This document shows, piece by piece, positions 11,401-21,948 of a stretch of 21,948 nt of DNA (position 1 is its first letter; every line of letters begins with the position of its first letter). The notes under the pieces are model-generated. The model saw only the letters and a program-made list of their open reading frames with translations. It did not search any database and had not been told where the DNA came from. Source of the stretch: Bugula neritina (lineage: Eukaryota > Animalia > Bryozoa); the NCBI GenBank assembly GCA_964035545.1, contig CAXIUT010000054.1, forward strand, positions 32,326-54,273, read 5' to 3'. The position numbers and the translations under genes are program-made.

Positions 11401-14400
11401 CTCTATACATAAACTTAATTATCAATTGAAAATATTAAATACAGAAAAGAGTCCAAAACTGACTATTTCTCTTATCTAGAAAAACTTTATCAATCATATT
11501 GCTAAAATATTTTTAAATAAGAAACATCATAATTCTCATGGATATCTTACCCTTACAACTTTGATGATTCAATTCAATTAGATATTGAAGTTTATAAAGA
11601 TGTCAAAAAATCCTCAAACTTTTAATTAAAACTATATTATTGATCTCCTACACTACAACAGCAAAGGAGGAAAGGAGTATGCAACATACATGGGAAAGTG
11701 TTTCCACATGATAAAAGAACTTAGCTGCAACAAGTAATTTATAACAATAAGTAAAATCAAGTTAAATGTTGTTTTTGAATCATCAAACATCTAAAAAGTA
11801 TTATCTACAGTTATGCTGACAAATACGAATGAAAAATTATCAGAAATAATCGTAGAGTTATCAAGAAATACTGGATGCTAACAGCAGTTACAACAAATTA
11901 TAAACAAATTATTAAATTATGAGTTATTAGAAAAGAAACAATTATGCTGTCAAACTTTATTTAATATTTTATCTTTACTTATTGATACGAAAGTTTCAGG
12001 AATTTTGCTGTAGAGTATTAAAAAATTAAATAGAGATATCAGAAAAAACAATATTTATGAAGAAAACTAAGATTAATAAAATCAACTACTTGTTGGATAT
12101 ATACATTTACTCCTCAAATTCAATAAAATGATGAACAAAGAACAGTATTAAGATCTCCTTGGTTAAAAGTATTAATCATTCATTCAATATATCCTCAATG
12201 ATTGCTTAATTAATGTAGAACAACCCAATAATATCAAGTTCAAATCCAATAATCTCAGAAATATGACTTATGTTTTACTAGAACAACTAGATCATGGTCC
12301 TGCTGGATCTAAGTTTGCCAGTCTGATCCATAAAGCTCTTAGAATAGGTAGTGCTTGGCGTAAACAAGAAGAGTGGTCCATTGCACCTGTTCATCAAGTG
12401 TCTCATAATTTTACTGGACTAAAAAATTTAGCTGCTACTTGCTATATAAATTCCCTCCTACAACAACTTTTTTTCATTAACAGCTTGAGCAGTCAGCTAC
12501 TATCAATTGATGCTGAAAAAATAGATGATAAATAAAACATAGTACTAGAACTGCAGAATATCTTTTCTCATCTCAAATTTTCTTAGAGTCCTATCTATAC
12601 TACTGCTTCCCTGTGCAAGAAGTTTATTTATGATGGGCAACCTATTGATCCCAGGATTCAAACAGACGTGGATGAGTTTTTCCATTGTATGATTGACAAG
12701 TTAGAAAGAAACCTCACTAAAATCGGGAGAAAAGATATTATAACAAATTTGTTTGGAGGATAAATTTGTAACTTGATTACTGGCAGTAAATGTTAACATA
12801 CTTCTTAAAGAATTGAACCTTTTTTGAGTATTAGATTAGAAATAAAAGATAAAAAGAACCTTCAAGAAGCTTTTCAGGAGTTCATCAAAGGTGAAGTTCT
12901 AGAAGCAGATAATGCTTACCACTGTTAACGTTGTGATAGCAAAATTAAAGCTGTCAAACGAGTTTGTCTTAAAACTCTTCCTTAAATGTTGATAATCACT
13001 CTCAAAAGGTTCTAGTTTGATTTTTAAACAATGGAAAAATTCAAATTAAACACCTTCTGCTCCTTCCCAACAACCTTAGATGTAATGCCTTTCACTCGTG
13101 AAGGTATAGATAGGGAACCAGGACTTAAACCTGAACACTATCAATACAAACTGAAAGGAGTAGTCATTCACTATGGTGTATCTTAGGCAGGTCACTACAC
13201 TTCTTACATCAATACAGGTAAACAATGGGAATATTTTGATGATTAAAAAATTACAGAATTCGATATTGAAGAACTAGGTAATGAAAGTTTTGGAGGTCTT
13301 GAGTAAAATCCTTTTGGAGATGATGAATAAAAAAAGAAAAATGCTTATTTGCTATTTTATTAAAAAATTCAAGGATATCCTCAGGTTAAATGTATACCAG
13401 AAACACAACTAAAAGAGACTCCCATTTACAAAACAATAAACTAATAAAACATGAAAAATAAACTCTTAAATATCTTATTTGAACCTAATCTTGAAAACTA
13501 TCTTTTAGCCATGACTAATCGCATAGATCCAAAGACATTTTTGCTTTATTTCCATACAGTGGTTCTTCGTAGTTCTAGAAAACGCTAAAAGCTTTAGTTA
13601 TTTTATAGCCATGCTTAACAATTTATAAAAAACAAGTAAATCGCTTAATGGTATCTACTACAGATCAATTAGAGCTATCTAAATTAGTTTTTATTTTTCA
13701 CATAAGCTGACTTAAGAATCATAATTAGTTCTTTAATAATAGAAGCTTTAAAAGTAAATTCTAATTTGGAGATTGGAAAACACGTATTAGAACAAATAGC
13801 CTTCTTCATTGGTAAGAAAAACATGTACCCTGCTCCTAAAATATTCAATATGGCTATCAAGGCACATAAAAGCTATTAGAAATGTATGAGAGAAATTGGA
13901 TTAGCTGATATTGTTGTGAATGTTATCAAACAAAAAGAACAGAAAGAAGGTAGACTCAAAAATTTATAACAAATTATCAAAAAAAATTAAAACTAATTTG
14001 GAAATTCAAATTGCCAGTTTGCTTAAAGAAATATTCTTGACTGCATTGATTTTTTACAAGCTATTGAAGGACTTAAAACTACCCTAGTTGAAGATGACGT
14101 AGATCTAGTTTTACTCAAACGCTTAAGAAAACCTAAAACTCAAAAAAGCCTAGCTACGATATTGGCTCGAAGATATTTATCAGTAGAAGATAATACTAAA
14201 ATCTAACGATTTTTATTTGAAGGTTTAGCTAAATCAGAAATAGATCCAAGCATTGATCATGTTTTTACTTTTTATATCAGTCTAGCTGAAGCATTGATCT
14301 AATTGGAAGATCAGTACACTCAAAAAAGAGTAAAATTAAACATATTTAGATTTAAAAAATAGTATCGATATACATAACTGCTCTAAGATAGTCTTTACAG

Positions 14401-14900
14401 GGATACAAAGCTTAATTGTTACTGTTATTAGGAATGTTTCGAATTTGTTCAAGAAATGTGATGTTTAGAGATCGTATTAGCGATGAGTTTCAAGATAAAG
14501 AAGGAAAAAAGCTATTGAAAGATATTAGAGCCTGGATAAAAGATATTGGTCCTCACTTTGCCCATTATATTAGACAAGATAGAATAGGATACTGGCGTAA
14601 ACCAAGGCAAATGAACATAAATTATCAAACTCTTATGAATCTATTAGAGGCAGAATAGTCTATTGTTGTGGATAAAGTTCTTCATTCTTTAAATGCGGTT
14701 GTTGAAAAGCATAACTCTTTTTTGAGAGGGGCTGAAGAGACATTTGGAAATAATGAAAAGGTGCGATATTTGTAATAATGAATTAATTTAGAAAGGACAA
14801 TTACAAGTTTTTTAAGAGCTATGGGCTAGTAGCTTAAATCGTAAGCGATAAGGTAAAGATAGTTCCAGTTGACTAGATAGTAAAGATCGAATATTTCTGA
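8480..14900 (+). CDS. Ubiquitin-specific protease (peptidase C19), USP9/USP24/USP34-like, about 2106 aa; introns 8666-8685, 9031-9050, 9740-9759, 14330-14349, 14772-14791
   Basis: Cys box [50 protein letters not shown], His box [29 protein letters not shown] and NAYLLFYE. Long helical N- and C-terminal regions are typical of this subfamily. The spliced length of 6321 nt is a multiple of 3. Confidence 0.93.
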
Positions 14901-15035
14901 TTCTTGTGAAATAAAATTGACTTAAATTAATATTACTCTCATTTCATATTATTAATAGTAATTTTGTCAATAAATATTCTCAAATATTATTTTTTAATAT
15001 ATCTTAGATATTATTATTTGATAAGATATTTATTG

Positions 15036-17588
15036 ATGGAGTAACTCGAATCACTATTTGATAGTTTAACTATATCAGACAACAAATAAAAATAAAAGGC
15101 TTCTTAGCAGCTCTTCTCTTGTGCTAACTAAAACCCGAATAAATTTTATCTTGAACTAACTGATATTGTTATCAATTAGACCAAAGATGATTAATCAAAA
15201 AAAGCAGTAGTTAATGTGTTTAAAAGATTTTCTGCTTTAAACGTAATGAATATAGCATACTTAGGTTCAATTATGGGATAGAGTTGATTATAACTGTAAA
15301 TTATCAATTAAATAAAAACTTTTATCAACTTTAATCTCAAAAAATAATAATACTATGATAAATGGAGCATAAATTTTAGGAAGTATAGCTGCTATTGAAG
15401 TTCCAGGAGGATAGTGGTAAGACTTTATATAAATTCTTTCACAAAATTCAATGAATGAATTGTATCACATTAGACTTGCTGCTTTGACTACTATGAAATA
15501 TATTTGTTCTGAAATAAAGAAAAATAAAAGATCAATAACAAAAACAACAATTGGTGAAACTATTCTTGGTTGTTTATTGGTAAACATGGAGAAATAAGAT
15601 ACTATTATAGAACTTTGTTTATCTTCTCTTCAAGATAGTATGTGCTTTTTAAATTTTATTTTTGATAATAAAGAAGTAAGAAATAAAATAATTGATACCA
15701 TATTCTCAGCTATTGAAAAAAATAACTTTAGAGAAAAAGCTTATGAAGTATTATTCTAATTTAGTATTCATGGATACAACTATCTGGAAGATTATTTAAA
15801 ATAGTTGGTTGAAATAACTGTTAGGCATATGAAAGCAAGAAATAAAGATACTTTTTTTGCTCTTAAATTATGGAAAACAATAGCTGAAATGAATGAAAAT
15901 AAATATGAAGAACTAAAAAAAAAAGTATTGAAAGTAAAAGATCATGTTATCAATCATTTTCTTAAAGTTTACAAAAATATTTTTGAAGAAATAATTTCTC
16001 TGATTATCTAACCTTAAAGTAAATAAATCTAAACATAAAAACTACAAAATTAATCTATAAAAACTTTGACTGCCATCATGTACTGCGGAAATACTTAAAT
16101 GACATAAATGATAAAAAATATAGTAAATAACCTGATAAAAAACAACAACCCTAATTAAAGACAAGCAACTATCCTTTTGTTTAGTTGTTTAAGATACTAT
16201 CCTAATATTTAAGATATAAAGATAAGTTTCAAAAATGCTATTCCTCATTTTAACAATCTTCTAATTGAATAGAATAAACTTGTTGTTAATAATAGTCTTA
16301 AAGGATTAATTTTAATCACTGAAGTAGTTCCCTATTCCATTATTTTAGTCAATAAAGATCTTACTTTTCATTTATTAAATAAAGTTAAGGAAAAAACAGG
16401 AGAAGATATAAAAATTAACAGTTTATCTTTACTATTAAATTTGGTTACTGGTATTATAAATAATCCTCAAAAAATACCAGGATAATATGATAAATTATTA
16501 ATTGAAATAGTTGAATTTTTTACATAATTATTAAAAAAGAATGAATAAAGATAGATTTTATAAAAAATATCCTTATTAATGATAAATTTAATCTTATAAA
16601 GTGAATCAGTAGATGTGATTAACGACTTAGTATAGCATATGCTTGTTCAATATCATAAAATTAATGATAAAAATTATTAAAATAAATAAGAGATTAGAAG
16701 CTATATAGTTGCGAATCTTCATTCTTGTCTTCTAAAAATGTCAGAATTTTATCGTCCCAACTAAAAGAAATCTTAGTCTATTTTTTTTCTCATTTAACAG
16801 CATATCCAGTATTTTGGTATTGATGCAGAAATTATGAATTTAATAAGTGGTTATATAGTTTGCTATAGAAAAAGGTTATAAAATCATATTGATTATTTTT
16901 ATGAAATGATAAAAAAAGGACTAAAAGACCCTGAAAAATATAGCCTATTTAAAAGTAGTGTTTCATGTATTGGTGATTTGACACGAATTTCAAACAAGAA
17001 TTTTATCCAAAGATAGATTTAAATTTTCAATATTCTATTCGATAAATTGTCTTAGAATATCAATCGTGATTTGAAAATTGTGATTTTGAGATCATTTGGT
17101 GACCTATTTCTTGGTTTTAAAAAAGCTTTAGAACCTTGCCTGAGTAAAATATTTGAACTTTGTAGGTATGTTTTTGATAAAGTAAAAAGTTTGTCTGAAT
17201 TATAAGGATAAAATAGTTCTACTGAATAATTAAAAGAAGCCATCGTATAAATGTACCATTGTCTTATATTTGCAATGAACGAAGACAAGCCTCATTCCGA
17301 AATGATAGAGCATTTTCCCACAATTGTAAATTTCATCCTTCACAGCTGTAATCCTAAATTTAATCCATCAACTGTAATGATAATTTTATTTAGAGTTATG
17401 TAAAAGCATGTTTATATCTGATATTTGATAGCTGTAATTTTTACATTAGATCTTTAAAACAAGAATTACAAGTTATTATTTCATCAAATTAAATTAAAAA
17501 CTTGTTTACTACTCTTTAATAAAGTCAAGAAGATATCTCAGACTTAACATATTTTAGAAAAAATATTGAAAACCTACTTAATTTGTGA
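15036..17588 (+). CDS. Importin-beta (karyopherin-beta1/Kap95-like), divergent, about 836 aa; introns 15243-15264 (22 nt), 17374-17393
   Basis: HEAT-repeat motifs SIAAIEVPGGEW, AALTTMKYICSE, CIGDLTR, NRDLKIVILRSFGDLFLG and ELKEAIVEMY match importin-beta1 consensus segments. The length is appropriate for the family. Confidence 0.85.
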
Positions 17589-17840
17589 TTAAATATTCTT
17601 AATCTTTCAATATGTTGTATTTTCATTAATATTTATCAATTAAGTTTATGATTATTTTAATTTGGTATAATCTTATCTTTATATTTCTAAATTTAAAAAA
17701 TATGTTGATTAAAATATTATAAAACATTATTTTTTATAATATTTTAGCTCAATTTTCTAAAAAAAATATTAAAGATATATTAAATTGATATAATGATTAA
17801 TATAATAACTTCTTACTAAATTGATTAATAAATAATAAGT

Positions 17841-18855
17841 ATGAATTCGGAAGAAATCATGAGTGAATTTTATGAAGATAGATTTGAATAGGAATAGTTG
17901 AATAAATTGAAGACAATCATTACTGATCTATAAAAATAGATAAAGTAAAATGATGAGCACCTCAAGAAACAGAAGGAGATCAATCATTCATATTAAGTTA
18001 AAGAAAAATCCAATTTTACAAAAATGATTGAACAAGAAGATAAAATTAAAGAGCTTATTGAATAATTAGATTTAATGAAGAAAAGTAATAGAAGTAGAGA
18101 TGAATCTGAAACAAAGATAAGATAATTATCTTAAAATGTTGATAATCTTCTAAAAGAAAAATAATAGATATTATAACAGAACAGAATACTACAAGAAGAA
18201 ATAAATAGACTAACATCTTCTTTAGATAGGTACTTTATGCAATATCTAGATGCAATGATCAACTCAGCTTAAATACAGAAGGGATAGAAAAGTATTAAAT
18301 TTTATCATAAAGTGAAAATATCAGCTAAAGAGAATCCATTTCAAGTTTTGGAGTTAGTAGTATGGATGCCTAGAATAGTTTTAAAAAATAAAGTTAAAGG
18401 AAACTTTTTATTTCACCTTCAATAAATGAAAGCATTGACAATTAAAATGAGTATTAGAGATAATATATAGAATAAGCAAAGATTCAAGTGATGCAAGTAT
18501 GAAGTTATTGAAATCATATCCTATTAAAGAACCATAATTTATGAATCCAAAACTTTTTAAGAAAAATCAAAATTCTTCTTTGAAGTTAAATGGATAAACT
18601 ATTCATTAAAAGATATTTTGTGAATCTTACGATAACTATGAATAATAGTCCTCCATCAAGTAGCCTTATGACTTTAACAGTGATAATTTTAAACCTCGAA
18701 TAAAGCTTATTCATAAAAATATAATGAATGCCGCAAGAAAACACATAAAAGAAATATCTGAAGATGAACAGATAGTATTTTTAAACATGATGACGTCATG
18801 GGCTGAAGAAAAGATTGAAAGAATTTTGGAAAAAGATGATCTAGATGGATATTGA
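17841..18855 (+). CDS. Hypothetical protein with N-terminal coiled coil, about 324 aa; introns 18230-18249, 18451-18470
   Basis: ATG 17841 and an E/K-rich heptad pattern in the first ~130 aa. Two 20-nt GTA..TAG introns restore an open frame to TGA 18853-18855. Confidence 0.75.
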
Positions 18856-19047
18856 AATTTGAAATATTATTAAAATTAATATTACAGAAAATAGCTTCAT
18901 AATTTATATTTAAAAGTTCTATTTCTTCCATCTTAAATAAGATTCATAAGATTATTATGTTTTCTTGAAAAAATGATTAATTATTCTAAATGTATTAATT
19001 AAACAGATTATATAAATTATTCTTTTGATGATAGATCATAATAGAAA

Positions 19048-21948
19048 TCAACTGAGAAGATGAGTCACTTCTTCACGAGCATTTTAGAGATCCATCCTAT
19101 GCTATCTATTTTTGATAAGCATTTCCTCTATTAATTATCCAATATCTCTACTCTATCGATCTTCAAACTCATAGTTATCTATATAACTGATGAAATACCT
19201 TTATGATCAAGAATGTCTCCGAATTTTTAATAAAACAGTCGACCATGGAACAATTTATCAATCATAATGGCTATACTCCAACTATATGATTTAGCTGATT
19301 CTGGTTGTCCAACTAATACTTATGGTGCTTGATAAAGTCGCACCTTCTATTTGGGTTTTTGCTTTTTGGAAAGAGTAAGTTTTGTATTTTCAATGTTCAT
19401 AGGATTAAAATGCATCACAAAAATCTTTTCAGGACAAAGATTTTAAATTTATCTTTGAGCTAACAGTTCCAAACCAAACTCCATTAGTTTTAAAGAAAGC
19501 ATGTATTTTATTTATCTTGGGGGATTTTTTTTTATCAAAGCACTAAATAATAAAATAAATACTCAAGAGTAAGGTCGATAAATCTGTTTCTATTTTCCCA
19601 TATAGAATGATCTTCTTCTCTATATTCTAAATTACTATCAATTTTGCGTATATCTCTATATATTTATTCATCTTTCTTTCGCTCCCTAACTATCCTTGAT
19701 TGACTTCTCTGATTACTATTTTTCTAATTATTCTATATAATTTTAGCATATCTTTTAATATTGTCAATGATGTCCACACAATTTTTGCCTACTTTTCCTT
19801 CTAAAACTGAAATTTATTGCCTAATCAGCTGCACTAGCTACAACATTTTTATATACTTAACTTTAATAGTTTTGTATCTTAAAATAGATTCTTATCCTTC
19901 TTATTCATCATGTTCCATAGCAGATAAACCTCCTCTACTCGTAGCTAAATACTCAGCATGTTGATGATTTTAGAGTTAAGAACGTAATCTATTCATATCT
20001 TCTAACATAGCTTCGTTTTAAAGACGATAATGTTAGCATTTATCTTTTTATCTTTCAAGTTCAAATACTAGCTTTTATAAAAGTTCAGAGTCGTCTTAGT
20101 AAGATTGATTTTGTTGACGATGATTAACTTCTTCAAGAATTCGTTCCAGTTCTCGAACTCTAACACTAAATTTAAGCTTTTAGCTTTTTTAAAATTTAAC
20201 TTGATCCTCTAAAAGACCAACTTTCCTCAATAATCCATTTACATACATATTAGTATCTAATTGAACTTTATTATCCACTCTACCTTATACTATTGACCTT
20301 CCATCACCAATTCTACTATAACTCTACACTCTGCTATAAGGATTACTTTTATCTTTTTGCATATCTTCGATAACTGCTTCATACATACAAAGAAGTTCTT
20401 TCATCTTTTATAACTCTTTATCTTTTTTCTATAGTTAATGAGAGTACTCATTAACAAGTTTATTCATCCTTACATAGATATCTTACTCTTAGTCTTCATA
20501 TAACTTTCCCAGTTATTCAATTTTAATTCTTGATTTTGAACCCTGTAAAAGATTATGAGAAGCTGACTTATGTGAAGGATTTATTTAAGATCTTTTATGC
20601 TAAGATTCATAATATTTTATCTTTTCATTCAAACGAATAACTTATTTATTGAGAGTTTCAACCTTTTATTTGTCTAGTATCTATGGTTACTTTCTTCTTA
20701 TTTTAGTGTTTTCTGTTGATTTTATGTAATCATTAGCTTTGTTTAATTCATTTTCGTAGTCTTTGATAATTCCATCTAACTCAGCTATTTCTTGGTTCTT
20801 CTGATTTATTACCTGATAGTTTTTCATTATTAATTCATCGATTTGAACTTTGTATATCCTTTCTGTTTCAGTTATCATTTCTTTATATTTCTATTCTATT
20901 TATTCTCTCTAAAATTCTTGTCCTCTCTCTTCGAATAATACCTTTAACTGTCCTATCTCTTCTTCAAGGGTATTTTTCTAACTATTTAGTTTTTACTATC
21001 TAACTTTTATTTGTTTGTACTGTTAATGGATTTGTTGATTGGTCAGAGTCAGGTCTTATAGTTGCTAATTTTTATATTACAATTGCCTGTATAATTCACT
21101 AAATTAACTTTATTTAGCTTTTTAAAATTGAATCATTTTCTCTTCCCAAACATGAGTCATACTTTTTTCATATTTTAATTAATTTTTCAAACGAATCATT
21201 TGTTATTTTATCTCTTTTTCTTTTTATCTTGATATCTAAGTTTATTTTTCGTGTTAAATAGCTTTTTTTTATAAAATAGTTAATTTATTTTAAATTTAAG
21301 CTTTTTATTTCTTCATAACTTTATCTGTTTGACTTTCGTTTTTAAACTTTTGTACTTATTTTCTAGCTTATTACAATTAAATATCAATTGCTTCATTTTC
21401 TAACCTTAGTTTAGACATTTGCTAACTTATTCCAATAAATTCATCTCTAATAAACTTAATTTACTATTAAAGGCGTCTTTAGTTTTCCATATATTTTTGA
21501 ACAAGAGTTTATTTCTAATTCTACCATCCGCTTTTTTCTTTCATTTCTATCCCTTCAGCTAACTAGCTCTACTGTATCTGATAGCCTTCTTATTTATTTT
21601 ATTCAGAACGATCTGAAAGTAAAACTCCTTAGTTGTCATTTTGCTGTTTCAAATCCAAGTTAAGTTCAATATTTTAAGGTTTCTAAGCTTCTGGCTTTTA
21701 GACTGCTTAAGAATTATTGTTTCTATAACCATCATTCTGAGAAGAGAAATAATTTGCTCCTTCTTTTTCAATGAATACCTACTTAATGATCTATTTTTCT
21801 ATAATTATTTATTTGATAACTTATTTCTCTATCTACATCGGTACTTAAACTGTGACCTACTAATAAACCTTTACTTCCTTTATCACCTAAACTTCTTTGA
21901 TTACTTAAACTGGAACTTAAACTTCTTTGATGACTTAAACTTCTTTAA
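19048..21948 (-). CDS. 5'-partial protein (>950 aa): VPV/alveolin-like repeats + long coiled coil + C-terminal degenerate kinase C-lobe; introns 19179-19198, 19543-19562
   Basis: The frame is open from the window end. It starts KEVEVIKEVEVPVEVIKEVEVIKEV, continues as E/K/Q-rich coiled coil, then NLCPEKIFV, YQAPEVLVG, AKSYSWSIAIMI and LIEEML..REHRMDL (kinase subdomains VIb-XI). Ends at TGA 19050-19048. Confidence 0.82.
21765..21948 (-). repeat. Coding repeat region encoding (KEVEVI/EVPVEV)-type charged-valine repeats
   Basis: Recurring acttaaacttctttga-like units on the + strand, read on the - strand as AAA GAA GTT TAR GTN ATH. Confidence 0.8.

Noticed and set aside
11734-11751. Possible 18-nt in-frame intron in the USP gene (gtaatttataacaataag)
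   Set aside because: It is frame-neutral and not required. It cannot be decided without RNA data, so it was left out of the model.
15207-15226. 20-nt GTA..AG candidate intron in importin (gtagttaatgtgtttaaaag)
   Set aside because: Removing it gives the wrong frame, and it lacks the -6 A.
1390-19964. Short ORF-track entries (1390, 2622, 4342, 7197, 8450, 8499, 10331, 17052, 18707, 19761) as independent genes
   Set aside because: They are antisense or off-frame shadows of longer genes. The track treats TAA/TAG as stops, which is wrong here.
142-21948. Pseudogene interpretation of the many in-frame TAA/TAG codons and frameshifts
   Set aside because: Catalytic motifs are intact, exons contain no in-frame TGA, and every frameshift is resolved by a GTA..AG intron.
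142-21948. Standard ciliate code (UAR=Gln, table 6) or split code UAA=Lys/UAG=Glu
   Set aside because: TAA occupies the kinase APE Glu, the FNE and FDE motifs and the EVPVEV repeats. Conserved Gln sites use CAA, and TAA/TAG interchange in repeats.
1-21948. CRISPR array, transposon/IES, rRNA or tRNA genes
   Set aside because: No repeat-spacer structure, transposase motifs, terminal inverted repeats or RNA-gene signatures were seen. Nearly all sequence is explained by protein-coding genes.

Overview
AT-rich, very gene-dense eukaryotic DNA (about 90% genic, 10 genes, intergenic gaps 74-390 nt) that starts with a (CCCCAA)n tract. It is most simply read as the left end of a ciliate macronuclear chromosome. 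The supplied ORF track uses the wrong genetic code. TAA and TAG are sense codons, and conserved motifs show both encode Glu (peritrich-type code, NCBI table 30). TGA is the only stop. Re-translation gives 10 genes: a hypothetical protein, a C2H2 zinc-finger protein, a DHHC palmitoyltransferase, a DUF4378/CEP350-C-terminus-like protein, a dual-specificity phosphatase, a small secreted (Thr-Pro)14 protein, a USP9/24/34-like deubiquitinase, a divergent importin-beta, a coiled-coil protein, and a 5'-partial VPV-repeat/coiled-coil/pseudokinase protein. Three observations stand out. (1) Of 20 inferred spliceosomal introns, 19 are exactly 20 nt, all begin GTA and all carry an A at position -6. (2) A perfect internal telomeric tract lies in frame within a signal-peptide gene, where it encodes (TP)14. 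(3) The UAR=Glu code itself. All gene models were derived by manual translation, without database searches or RNA data.
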